Source: an uncultured virus (IMG/VR IMGVR_UViG_3300010234_000006) (taxonomy: Duplodnaviria > Heunggongvirae > Uroviricota > Caudoviricetes). Taken from it: a DNA stretch of 64,000 nucleotides. The position numbers and the translations under genes are program-made. How positions within the stretch are numbered: the stretch's first letter is position 1; the number at the start of each line of letters is the position of its first letter. A model generated the notes under the pieces. It had not been told where the DNA came from and did not search any database. It was given only the letters and a program-made list of their open reading frames with translations. Shown here piece after piece: positions 47,266 to 56,577 of the stretch. Location: IMG/VR virus record IMGVR_UViG_3300010234_000006, one strand, 5' to 3'.

Positions 47266-47882
47266 TGCTCATCCTCCTTGAACTGGTCGTCCTTCCAGAA
47301 CTCGACATCGTCCCTCCTGACCCACTTTCTCGCATCGCAGTTGAGCCACCAGTACGAGTCGTCTTCCTTCACATATGCGGCTGTCCCTCGGAAGTTGCCG
47401 TTGAATCCATGCCACGTAGAGAACTCTCTCCGCGCCCTCTTCAGCCAGCCCTCTCTCCCCTCATTTGTCTTGAACAGCATCGTCATCTTTCTCACCTCCA
47501 AGGCTCTCTCGAGCCTCCTCGTCCGAGCGAGCAGGTATGAGTTCCTCTGCTCGCAGTGCTCTCTCGCGGATGCCTGAAGGCACCAGTAGTCCGTGTTCTT
47601 CAGGATGGAGCTGGCCACATCGGCAATCTCTTCAGGCCCTGCGAAGGGGTAGATGCCGCAGCATGCGTCACGCACCTTCCATATGGCTTCCATCCAGGGG
47701 CGGACCTGGCGTGTCCTTCTTTCGCACTCGTCCTCATCGAGAGGCCCGAAGAACTCCGACACGGACTCGACGCTGTCGAGCAGCTCGCCGTGCGTTGTTC
47801 GCGATGGCATGCCGAGGATCTCCTTCATCCTCCTGACGACGTCGGAGGCCCTCATGTTGGGATCCTGACCAGTCTGTAGCAC
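47262..47882 (-). CDS. Hypothetical protein
   Basis: Coupled ORF. Confidence 0.55.
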   Translation of the reverse strand: MLQTGQDPNMRASDVVRRMKEILGMPSRTTHGELLDSVESVSEFFGPLDEDECERRTRQVRPWMEAIWKVRDACCGIYPFAGPEEIADVASSILKNTDYWCLQASAREHCEQRNSYLLARTRRLERALEVRKMTMLFKTNEGREGWLKRARREFSTWHGFNGNFRGTAAYVKEDDSYWWLNCDARKWVRRDDVEFWKDDQFKEDEQ

Positions 47883-48330
47883 TCATGGCGCGCCGTAGCC
47901 CTTTGGAACTGGACCTCGCCATCCTCAACAAGGCCCGCGGCGGTGTTCTCGGCGATCTTCTCTCCGCTGGTCCTGACGTACCTCGAGGCCGCCTCATCAT
48001 CATCCTTCTCGATGAGGTTCATGACCATCGCCTTCTTTCCTTCAGACCCTGTGATAGTGACAACATACAGATAATCCTTCACGACTCACTCCTCGATGAT
48101 GATTCCGATTCTCTCCGCTTCTTTCTTACATGCTCCGCACGCGTAATGGCGCGGCCTGAGCCTTGTGTCTTCGTAGGACATCTCCCACGGCGTCCTGCCG
48201 CAGAGCGTCCCTTCTCCGCCATTGCGGATGCACCTGAACGAGCTGAACTCGGATTGAACAAATCGCGCCTCACCAATGAGACTGAGCCTGCTTCTGGGCT
48301 TGCGACGGGTCGGATACTTTCGGTGAAACT

Positions 48331-48687
48331 TCATGCTCCAATGACCACCTGTCCGTTCTCGCACACGTCGCAGCTCATCCAGTCACCAGCGCCGCCGCAA
48401 TGAGGGCAGTCAATGACCTTCCCTGGGATGTTCCCCATCGGGAGTGACTTCTGCCTCGGCACCTTCCGATGCTTCTTCGAATTCGGACACGTCGCGAAGT
48501 GGCTCACAGCCGTTGCCTTCACGACTCCGAGCATGTTCTCCGTGTCGATGACCACGCGCTGCGAGAAGGGAAAGTCAACGGGCATCTTCGAGCCCGTCTT
48601 CTTCCATTCAAAGCCTCCGTCGACCTTGACCTTCTTGATCATCTCCACCCAGCGGATCTCAGCGCCGCAGCTACACTTCGCTCCCAT
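48331..48687 (-). CDS. Conserved Zn-binding phage protein
   Basis: CSCGAEIRW...KMPVD...SHFATCP; extra CxxC...CxxC. Confidence 0.7.
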   Translation of the reverse strand: MGAKCSCGAEIRWVEMIKKVKVDGGFEWKKTGSKMPVDFPFSQRVVIDTENMLGVVKATAVSHFATCPNSKKHRKVPRQKSLPMGNIPGKVIDCPHCGGAGDWMSCDVCENGQVVIGA

Positions 48688-49198
48688 CTTTCTCCTCCTC
48701 CCTTCTCGCCCACACGCAAGTCCCCGTCTTCCAGTCGTACTCCTTCAGGAGGAAGAAGGCCTTCTCATCCTCAACGTAGGCGTGGATGGCGTGAGGGTTT
48801 GACAGCAAGAGGCTCTCCACTTGGTTGTTGTTGTCGAGCTCGGAAAGGTGAGTGACCCTGATGCATGCAATCCCTGCTACGGTCGGCGCGTCCTGGCCGA
48901 AAAGGCTATACGCGGGCGACGGTGTGGCGAGCTGTGCCTCGAGCTGGATGACTCGACTCTCGAGTGCTGGGATGCGCTCCTCGAGGAACGCCAATCGCTC
49001 CTCTGTGGTGAGGTGGCGGACCCATTCACCCTCCGTGAAAATGTAGATGAATCCATCCTCCTCAACCATCGCTCGCTCACCACTTCTCGCGTGCCCGGAG
49101 TGTGCCTCGAGCTCGGCCATGGTTGACGCGATAAGTTCATATGGACGATCCAAGGCCTTGAGGACCTGACTGTGAACGCTGAATGGATTGACCATCAC
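48671..49198 (-). CDS. Hypothetical protein
   Basis: Coupled ORF. Confidence 0.55.
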   Translation of the reverse strand: MMVNPFSVHSQVLKALDRPYELIASTMAELEAHSGHARSGERAMVEEDGFIYIFTEGEWVRHLTTEERLAFLEERIPALESRVIQLEAQLATPSPAYSLFGQDAPTVAGIACIRVTHLSELDNNNQVESLLLSNPHAIHAYVEDEKAFFLLKEYDWKTGTCVWARREEEKDGSEV

Positions 49199-49872
49199 TT
49201 ACCTCCTGGGATTCCGTATTCGTCGATGTGTGCTTGGATGGCGTCGAGGTCATGCGGTCCGTCGCGGTAGCTGAAGCCATTCTTCAGGACATCCTCCTCG
49301 TAGAGGCCTTCGAGCATCCACCTCTTTCCGTCGTACTGATAGATGGGCTGCTGGAAGTCCTCGCCGTCGCCGACGTACCAATACGACCGATCTCCCTCCC
49401 ATAGCTCGTAGTCGTTCCCTTTGATGGAGAAGCTGAATGTTGGCCTGGACTTCCAGTATCCCTCGTGGCCCTCATCGCGGTTGGTTGTCGTGATGACTTT
49501 CTCATCACCCATGACCCCCGGTGGCCACGTGAACTCACACCCTGCTAGAACGTGGGCGTGCAGGTATGGGACGGTGTCGTTGCTCGTCTTCGTGTTGATT
49601 ACGATGCGGTGGTTGTCGTACCCGTTCTTTGAGGCGATCTTGTGGCATGTTGCCAGGAGACCGCCGAGGACATCGTGAACAAATCCGTGGTTGCCCCCGG
49701 TCGCCTTGTCTACCCAGGAGACATCTCCTCCCCACAGGTTCGGGTCTGGGAACACGATGATGTGGAACGGTGCCTGAGGGCTGATGTCATTGACGGCGAT
49801 GATTCCGCCGCCGCGGTGGACGATGTCCGATGGCACCTCGCCCGACGCGATCTTGTGAAAGATGGTTCTCAT
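49195..49872 (-). CDS. HIT-family nucleotide hydrolase with C-terminal extension
   Basis: TIFHKIASGEVPS...DISPQAPFH...TVPYLHAHVLAG. Confidence 0.85.
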   Translation of the reverse strand: MRTIFHKIASGEVPSDIVHRGGGIIAVNDISPQAPFHIIVFPDPNLWGGDVSWVDKATGGNHGFVHDVLGGLLATCHKIASKNGYDNHRIVINTKTSNDTVPYLHAHVLAGCEFTWPPGVMGDEKVITTTNRDEGHEGYWKSRPTFSFSIKGNDYELWEGDRSYWYVGDGEDFQQPIYQYDGKRWMLEGLYEEDVLKNGFSYRDGPHDLDAIQAHIDEYGIPGGK

Positions 49873-50246
49873 TTCTTATCCTCCGCGGTGTTTGTTGAGT
49901 TGAAGTCGACAAGAAATGCGCCGATGAGGCTGTTGATCTTCATCTCTACCTCCACTGGAACCCTGTAGCCCACCTGATGAATGACGCGCCTCATGTCCGT
50001 CGGGCTCGTGAAGATTCGTAGCACCTCATACCTCTCAAGGATGTGTGATCCATGAGCGTAAGATATCCGAATCTTATCCATCTCCTCTGAGAGAATCTCC
50101 TCAACCTCAAAGCCAAACACATTGTGCGAGGGTAGGATGATGAGCCGAAGGGCTACGCCGGGAGATGACTCGATGATGCTCGCGAGCATTGGCGTGATCT
50201 CCAGTGCCAGTGCTCGCAGATTCTCTCCATTCATTATCTTGCTCAT
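49869..50246 (-). CDS. Hypothetical protein
   Basis: GAGGAGG RBS. Confidence 0.55.
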   Translation of the reverse strand: MSKIMNGENLRALALEITPMLASIIESSPGVALRLIILPSHNVFGFEVEEILSEEMDKIRISYAHGSHILERYEVLRIFTSPTDMRRVIHQVGYRVPVEVEMKINSLIGAFLVDFNSTNTAEDKK

Positions 50247-50255
50247 GACGCCTCC

Positions 50256-50591
50256 TCAGTAATGCATTCTGAGCACTTTGTGGATGACCTTCGTGAGTAT
50301 CTCTGGGAGGAGCTTCGCGAGCTCCTTCTCGAACTCCAACTCGGCCTCGCCGCCGAGCTTCTCGTGCCAGAGGGTCTCAACTCGATTGCGAACGAGCTCG
50401 CGCACTTTCTCCTCGACGGCTTTGCCCACGATCTTGTCGAGCTCGGACTCTTCTCCGTACCTTCCGCCAATGAACAGGTTCACGCGATCGATGACGAGAC
50501 TGTTAAAGTCATTCTTTCCGATGACGCTGACGATGGTCTTGTCGATGCGCTTCGACACCTTCACGGCGATGTCATTCTTATTGATAGCCAT
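50256..50591 (-). CDS. Helical hypothetical protein
   Basis: AAAGGAG RBS. Confidence 0.6.
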   Translation of the reverse strand: MAINKNDIAVKVSKRIDKTIVSVIGKNDFNSLVIDRVNLFIGGRYGEESELDKIVGKAVEEKVRELVRNRVETLWHEKLGGEAELEFEKELAKLLPEILTKVIHKVLRMHY

Positions 50592-50618
50592 TTCGTTCTC
50601 CTTTCAGGACTGACTTCC

Positions 50619-50656
50619 GAACGCCCATCCTGCGCTGGGATGCAGGATGGGCGTTC
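50619..50656. repeat. 15-bp perfect inverted repeat (intergenic hairpin)
   Basis: GAACGCCCATCCTGC-8nt-GCAGGATGGGCGTTC. Confidence 0.7.
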
Positions 50657-50944
50657 CATGGTGATTGAATTAGCGATTCTTCGTGCTGATTGACTGACCA
50701 AGGACGAGGTGAGCCGTTTTCAAGACACGGTCGTACTCGGCGTACCACTTCTCCCTACTCTCGGAGGAGAAAAGCCCCATGATGAGTCCGATCGCCTTGG
50801 TCAAAGGGTCTCCGACTCGACTCGCAATCAGGGATTCGACAGTGTTCCCTTCTGGCAGGTTTCCGCCGGGACGTGACTCCTGAAGGAGAGCCTCCGCGGC
50901 CTCCTTCAGGAGTCTTCTGATTTTTGCTTCGGTCGACATCGGCC

Positions 50945-51241
50945 CTACCGCTTCTTCTTTTTCTTCGTCGCGCCGAACTCTTCCTTGAGCTTCTTCGAGG
51001 GGCTGAACTTGACCTTCTTCGAGGCCTTGATCTTCAGCGGCTCGCCCGTCTGCGGGTTGCGACCCATGCGGGCCTTGTATTTCGCGATGCGGAAGTTGCC
51101 AAAGCCAGGCCAGGGCACCTTGCCATCGACTTTGAGGCCATCCACGACACCCTCAAACACCATTTCGATGCAGGCCTTCGCCTCCGATTTGGTGATGTCG
51201 TTGTTCTCGGCCACGAGAGTGATGAACTCCGATTTTGTCAT
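50945..51241 (-). CDS. hup: HU family DNA-binding protein
   Basis: MTKSEFI...GFGNF...ARMGRNPQTGE...VKFSPSKKLK. Confidence 0.93.
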   Translation of the reverse strand: MTKSEFITLVAENNDITKSEAKACIEMVFEGVVDGLKVDGKVPWPGFGNFRIAKYKARMGRNPQTGEPLKIKASKKVKFSPSKKLKEEFGATKKKKKR

Positions 51242-51299
51242 TCTCTGATCTCCTTCACTTTGAAGAGCTCACCAACACCCCGGACATCGGAGCACAATT

Positions 51300-51560
51300 T
51301 TTGGTGAGCGAGTGAATCGTCACAGTGACACATGGTCGATCTGGAGTCAACAATATGTGACAGGTTTATGTGACCCGGAAGGTGAGGGGTCACGTGACCC
51401 CACCTATTGTCACAAATTTACCCAATTTTGTGACAAGAGAATCTTGTTCGATTCATTCAGATTGGAACACTTGTTGCCTAACGAAAGATGAACGACTCGA
51501 ATCTTTTTTCTCATTCATCAAAGTTTGGCACAGACCTTGTCCTGGTGAACGATGTGAATT
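51300..51560. promoter_or_regulatory. Divergent control region with GTCAC/GTGAC operator array
   Basis: Minus TTGACT-17nt-CACTGT; palindrome GGGGTCACGTGACCCC; TTGTCACAAA/TTTGTGACAA inverted repeat. Confidence 0.65.
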
Positions 51561-51767
51561 ACTATTCGAACATCGGCCGAAGGGTGTCCCCCTCTCTCGT
51601 GTTTGGTGTCACGTCCGAAATGCTTGAGTACCCCGTCCGGTAGTTGCGTTCATGGTTCGGATGCTCCTCATCAATGCCGTCGTCAGTGTTCCTGATGGCG
51701 GCATTGTTGTTTCTTGCGAGCGCCACGTCTTCATCTTCGTGTACGATCCGTGGCGGAGGTGGTGGAG

Positions 51768-52217
51768 ATGCATTCGAGAAAGTTGAGAGAGGAAGAGAAG
51801 CGCATCATCGGGCACGCGCTCAGGGAAGTCTCGAACGGACCGATTGAGCTCATCGACGAGGTGCTCGAGTCATCCACCATTCACCGCGGGTGGCCGGAGA
51901 GGTCGAAGCTCGAGACAGAGCTCATGAGGTATTGTGCGAAGCTCGGCCTCTCGGAAGGGAGCATCGCAATGACGATCGGCCCAGACATCTACATCGACAG
52001 AGACCTTGTCGGCGCAGACGGTCGTGTGTCCATGCATCTCCTTGCACACGAGGTCACGCATGTTCTTCAGATGTTGCGCGTCGGAGGGTTCGAGCAGTAC
52101 GCCGAAGAGTTCCTCCCGAGATACCTCGAGGGTGGATACGCGGACGATCCGTTCGAGGTCGAGGCGGACGCGGTCGCCGATTCTGCCGCGTCGATGCGAA
52201 TGAGGAAGGCCTCCTGA
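51768..52217 (+). CDS. DUF4157-like zinc metallopeptidase
   Basis: AMTIGPDIY...LLAHEVTHVLQ...PFEVEADAVA. Confidence 0.8.
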   Translation: MHSRKLREEEKRIIGHALREVSNGPIELIDEVLESSTIHRGWPERSKLETELMRYCAKLGLSEGSIAMTIGPDIYIDRDLVGADGRVSMHLLAHEVTHVLQMLRVGGFEQYAEEFLPRYLEGGYADDPFEVEADAVADSAASMRMRKAS

Positions 52218-52219
52218 GG

Positions 52220-52456
52220 CTACTTCGTGTCCACAGCTGCGGCCGTGTCGGAGCCAGCCGTGTCAGCTGAGCCCTCTGTGTCGGCAGCAGCTTCGGTGTC
52301 TTCGGCAGCCTCTGAGTCTTGCGCTGCTTCGGTGTCCTGTGCCGAATCGGATGAGTCCACGTCCTGCTCTTCGACGGCCGGCTTCTCATCGGGCTTCTTC
52401 TCGGCGTCGCACGAGATGGGGGCAAAGGCAAGAATGGCAATGATGATGTAACGCAT
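52220..52456 (-). CDS. Small acidic lipoprotein
   Basis: MRYIIIAILAFAPISC; low-complexity D/S/A/T tail. Confidence 0.65.
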   Translation of the reverse strand: MRYIIIAILAFAPISCDAEKKPDEKPAVEEQDVDSSDSAQDTEAAQDSEAAEDTEAAADTEGSADTAGSDTAAAVDTK

Positions 52457-52555
52457 AGTCTATCTCCGGATTGGTGAACCAAAGCGGCTCATTGGTCGCA
52501 CAGATTAACAGCGAGTCATGCCCACGTGCTACCATCAGGCCCGAAGGAGGGTGTC

Positions 52556-52999
52556 ATGAAGGCTTCAGAGACAGGAAAGAAGGCGTGGGATCACCTGAAG
52601 ACACGCGGGAATCTCTACACAATACTGTGCCTCATCTCGGCTCTCGTCGGAATGTACGCAGACTACCAGTCGAAGGTCGCTGACCTGAAGAGCGGGCAGT
52701 CCGGAATCGAAGGAAAGGCGAAGGCCATCGACTCTGAGCGCGTCACCACGGACCGAACCGTGGTGAAGAACCTGATCGCCCTCGAGGGGCGCCTCGTGGC
52801 GATTGAGACGAAGCTCGAGCGCGTCGAGAAGGACACCTCGAGCTTCTGGCAGTACATCCTGGGGTCGAAGACCACGCCTGTGGTGCACACGAGCGGGTTA
52901 TCATACCCGTCCGCCGAAGGGCCCCCTATTATAATGGATGGTGACAAAGCCGAAGGGGCGATCAGACTCGAGGAGCTCGACATCGATCCCGTCTACTAG
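52556..52999 (+). CDS. Membrane-anchored coiled-coil protein
   Basis: TM LYTILCLISALVGMY; LEGRLVAIETKLERVE. Confidence 0.65.
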   Translation: MKASETGKKAWDHLKTRGNLYTILCLISALVGMYADYQSKVADLKSGQSGIEGKAKAIDSERVTTDRTVVKNLIALEGRLVAIETKLERVEKDTSSFWQYILGSKTTPVVHTSGLSYPSAEGPPIIMDGDKAEGAIRLEELDIDPVY

Positions 53000-53008
53000 G
53001 AGAGAGAT

Positions 53009-54313
53009 ATGAAGACCATTACAAAAATAACGATCGGCCTGGCTGCAATCGGGCTTGGTGCTGCGGCTCTTGGGAAAGGTAAGTCATCTGATGATGAGGA
53101 TTCTCCATCGAGCTGTCCTGTCATCTTCTCCGGACAGCTCGATTCCAAAGACAAGGTGTCGTTCGACCTGTGCATCAGAAACCTGATGAAGCCCGAGGTG
53201 GTCCAAAACGCCCTCTCGGTAGCTCGCACCCATCTTGGGAAGCACAAATCGCACGCAGAGGATGTAGTATTCGACCTCGTCGTAAAGGTCTGCAGCGAGA
53301 GGCATGAAGAGTTTGGGTCTCGAGACTTGAGGCCAATCGGGCTGTTCATAGAGACATTGAAGAAGAATGCCAAGTGGAAGTATTCAAGGCTCGAGAAGTC
53401 TTCTGACGTCGCAGAGCGAAACAGCCTTGTTGCCCAGCAGATTTTTGGAGAGGTTCCGAGTGAGTCTGGATTCGATTACAGCGAAACGGTTCCGGCAATT
53501 CTTCGAGTCCTGAACCGCCTTGATGACGACCTCAGGCAGGCCTTCATCCTCTTCTATCTCGAAGGCAAGAGCTTTTCCGAAGTCGCAACGTGCCTTGGCG
53601 TTAGCAAGCTTAAGGCGACGACATGGGCTCATACAGCCCGCATCTACCTCTGGCTCTATGTGGCGCGAAAGATCTTCGGGTGGAGCGCCAAGGAGATCGT
53701 CAGCAAAGCTGCTCGAAACAAGGATATCTCCAAAGGCCTTTCGTACTCAGCCCCTCTCCATAACATTAGAGTTCTCCTGTTGGGCACGAAAGGCGTTGGA
53801 ATGCTCATAAAGAGAGCGAAGTCAGTCATAGGGGAGGAGGCCTGGGATGCTCCCATTAAACAGAATTCGGCTGGGACATTCTGTGTGCTCCCAGAGCCCG
53901 GTGCGCCTCCTGGCTCGTCCGTAAGCATCACGCCGGAACAGCTTGCTGAGTTGAGGTACGCCGTCACTGAAGTGTGGCACCTCTGGCCGTCAGCTGTTCG
54001 GGCTGACGTTAACTTCGCATGGGTGACCAACAAAGCCAGCGAAGAATTTCGAAATGAGCTCATTCAGGTGCGCGAAACTCTGATGGATATCGTGCACCAG
54101 ATCATGCACGCCATCGACACCGGAGACTGCCATGCTCTGCCGCTCTTGAGCGAAAGCATGCAGAAAGCCCAGTGGGACTACTTCAGACAGGTATCCCAGT
54201 ACGATGTCTTCTCCCCAGGGCGCCAGCTGCTGCAAGAGTGGAACCGGGAGACGCTCGATCTTCGGGAGGCACTCGACCGCGTGGGCGAGCTGATAGCCTC
54301 ATTCATCGCCTGA
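53009..54313 (+). CDS. ECF-sigma-factor-like protein with N-terminal membrane leader
   Basis: Leader MKTITKITIGLAAIGLGAAALGKGK; HAEDVVFD (region 2); LNRLDDDLRQAFILFYLEGKSFSEVATCLGVS (region 4). Confidence 0.75.
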   Translation: MKTITKITIGLAAIGLGAAALGKGKSSDDEDSPSSCPVIFSGQLDSKDKVSFDLCIRNLMKPEVVQNALSVARTHLGKHKSHAEDVVFDLVVKVCSERHEEFGSRDLRPIGLFIETLKKNAKWKYSRLEKSSDVAERNSLVAQQIFGEVPSESGFDYSETVPAILRVLNRLDDDLRQAFILFYLEGKSFSEVATCLGVSKLKATTWAHTARIYLWLYVARKIFGWSAKEIVSKAARNKDISKGLSYSAPLHNIRVLLLGTKGVGMLIKRAKSVIGEEAWDAPIKQNSAGTFCVLPEPGAPPGSSVSITPEQLAELRYAVTEVWHLWPSAVRADVNFAWVTNKASEEFRNELIQVRETLMDIVHQIMHAIDTGDCHALPLLSESMQKAQWDYFRQVSQYDVFSPGRQLLQEWNRETLDLREALDRVGELIASFIA

Positions 54314-54347
54314 TTGGGAGCCAGCCATTCGCACGAGGAAGTTGAAG

Positions 54348-54920
54348 ATGAAGACCGTAACCAAGATTCTCATCGCCGCAGGAGCCATCGCCGGCCTCGC
54401 AGCCGCTTCATCATCGGACGGAGGGGAAGATATCGACCCGAACGACATCGAAGCCTGGGCGAAGAGGCGCAGCGCCCCTGGGAGAAGTGCTGCGATCGAA
54501 CGCGCTCGAACGGGAATCGAGCAAAGAAACGGGCAATCATTGCCCGATTCCATACCGCTCGAGCATCTACGTGTGTTTCTCGGGCAAGTGAAGCCCGTTC
54601 GAGGTAGCGAAACAGTGATGAGGGAGTTCGAGGGAACCCCCTACGAGGTGTCCTCTGGGATTGAGATCAGACAGAGGGAATCCGAATCGTTCATGTACGC
54701 AGGGAGCATGGAGATCCCGCAGCCTGGAATCAAAATCAAGTCCTTCAGCCCGAGCAGCAAAGATCTGGCCGACCTTATCACCGCAGCCACCAGTCCCATC
54801 GAGCCAGGAGATGATGTCTGGGATTGGAGTGACTCGAGAGGGCCGCTTTCCGGAGTTGGCGGCCTCGCCATCATTCGAGACGGCCGAGTCATCGCACAGA
54901 CCCAGACATGGGTATCTTGA
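54348..54920 (+). CDS. N-terminal-leader protein
   Basis: MKTVTKILIAAGAIAGLAAASSS; GPLSGVGGLAIIRDGRVI. Confidence 0.7.
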   Translation: MKTVTKILIAAGAIAGLAAASSSDGGEDIDPNDIEAWAKRRSAPGRSAAIERARTGIEQRNGQSLPDSIPLEHLRVFLGQVKPVRGSETVMREFEGTPYEVSSGIEIRQRESESFMYAGSMEIPQPGIKIKSFSPSSKDLADLITAATSPIEPGDDVWDWSDSRGPLSGVGGLAIIRDGRVIAQTQTWVS

Positions 54921-55054
54921 CGCTCACGCCCACACAGCATTACATTGGGGACAATAAACAAAAGGGGGCCTCGCCCCCCATATACGACAAGCCTAGAGCC
55001 ACACCGGGGCCAGGCACGGTGGGTCGGAACTGGCGCTGACGGCAAAAGCCAGAA

Positions 55055-55101
55055 CGAAAAGAGAAGGGACGCGCCAGCTAGCGCGTCCCTTTCTCGTTTT
55101 C
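55055..55101. terminator. Bidirectional terminator between convergent genes
   Basis: GAAAAGAGAAGGGACGCG...CGCGTCCCTTTCTCGTTTTC. Confidence 0.7.
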
Positions 55102-55459
55102 ATTGGGCGTTCGAGATGCTGTGCGCAATCTTGAGGATGGACTCACGGCCTATCATCCGAATGACTCGATCATCATCCTTCGCGATCCGAAAGCTGCTCA
55201 CCTCGATTCCGATCGCCCTCATGTGCTCGACGACCGAGTCTGCTCCGTAGATGATCTTCGCTGGCGACGTCCCGAGCTCGTCCGCTATGACGGAAAGGTG
55301 CTCCGTCGATATGGTCGTCATTCCACGCTCAATCTTTGAGTACGCCGCCTGGGACACCTTCATCATCCTGGAGACCTCTGCTTGGTGCAGTCCTTTGTCC
55401 TTCCTGATCACGTAGATGATGGCGCCAACGACTGCGCTGTATGTGGTCAGTGGCTTCAT
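55100..55459 (-). CDS. XRE-family HTH transcriptional regulator
   Basis: IRKDKGLHQAEVSRMMKVSQAAYSKIERG. Confidence 0.9.
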   Translation of the reverse strand: MKPLTTYSAVVGAIIYVIRKDKGLHQAEVSRMMKVSQAAYSKIERGMTTISTEHLSVIADELGTSPAKIIYGADSVVEHMRAIGIEVSSFRIAKDDDRVIRMIGRESILKIAHSISNAQ

Positions 55460-55485
55460 CTACTCACCCGGCAATGTAGTGTGTG

Positions 55486-56232
55486 TCACCATAGATGCGG
55501 CTCCCTCTCTTCGGTACTGGGATACTCCGAAGCCATATCGTACAGCACTTTCCGCGCATTCGACTTGTCTATGGGGGAAGGGCCTTCACGCCACCAGAAC
55601 CAGTGCTCAGGGCGAAGGCCCACGTATCCAGGATCGGGCTCAGACCGCTTCGCATCCAAGACACCTGCCTTCCAGCCGTTTTCATCTCGCCACACCACAA
55701 GGGCCTCGTAGTTGCCAAAATACCTATGGAGATGCACAACCCAAGCGAGAGGGGATAGAGGGTCTTGCGAGAAAGGCTCTTCCTTCATCGACCATGGGAC
55801 GTCAGAGTCGAATTTGAACCGTATTCTCTCAGTCTCAACTGGTCCAAGTCCTATTCGAGTAGCGACATCCTGCATGGATGCAAGCACAGCTTCAGGCATA
55901 ATCAAGCGACGCATCTCCGCTCTCTCCAGAGCCTCCCTGGCGGAACTGTCGTCCGGGTTGAGAGCCAAGCGTCGTCGGAGCTCAGCTATGACGTCCTCGT
56001 TGGAGGCTCCAAGTGCTTGTGGCGACGCCACCTCATCGCCTTCGATGAGACCATGGGCAAAGCTACCCATGATTCCGCCCACAGAGCCTGCAAGAAGCGC
56101 ATAGAAGGTGACCTCGGGGATCCCCATAGGGTCATACAGCCGTGGATTCTTCTTGTAGTCGAGGTGACGCTTTGCCACGACGTATGCGAATGTTAGCGCT
56201 GCACCTCCGATGACGAAGCCTTCCTTACTCAT
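55486..56232 (-). CDS. Protein with two N-terminal TM segments and a soluble cargo domain
   Basis: FVIGGAALTFAYVVA; FYALLAGSVGGIMG. Confidence 0.65.
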   Translation of the reverse strand: MSKEGFVIGGAALTFAYVVAKRHLDYKKNPRLYDPMGIPEVTFYALLAGSVGGIMGSFAHGLIEGDEVASPQALGASNEDVIAELRRRLALNPDDSSAREALERAEMRRLIMPEAVLASMQDVATRIGLGPVETERIRFKFDSDVPWSMKEEPFSQDPLSPLAWVVHLHRYFGNYEALVVWRDENGWKAGVLDAKRSEPDPGYVGLRPEHWFWWREGPSPIDKSNARKVLYDMASEYPSTEEREPHLW

Positions 56233-56262
56233 CGCTCTCATCCCTCCCTGTGAATGACCGAT

Positions 56263-56577
56263 TCAATCGAAGGTCCACCTTTCCTGTTCCCCATCGTTCA
56301 CAATCTCTCCCGCGATGTCGGTCACGACATCGCCGATGGTATCGATCGTATCACTTCCTGGTATGTCGGGGATGACATCGATGTTCTCGATCGCCTCTTC
56401 GACTTCTTCCTTCGCAGCCTTTGCTCCCTCGGTGAGGCCTTCGACGAGGGCATCTTTGAGGTCTGCGAATGCCTTCTTCGTGTACGAAGCTTCGATAGCC
56501 TTCCAGATTACGGTGCCCGTGATGACCCCTCCGAATATGAGTAGGCCCTTCTGAAACGGGCTCAAATCCTTCTTCAT
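56263..56577 (-). CDS. Small N-terminally anchored acidic protein
   Basis: GLLIFGGVITGTVIW. Confidence 0.6.
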   Translation of the reverse strand: MKKDLSPFQKGLLIFGGVITGTVIWKAIEASYTKKAFADLKDALVEGLTEGAKAAKEEVEEAIENIDVIPDIPGSDTIDTIGDVVTDIAGEIVNDGEQERWTFD

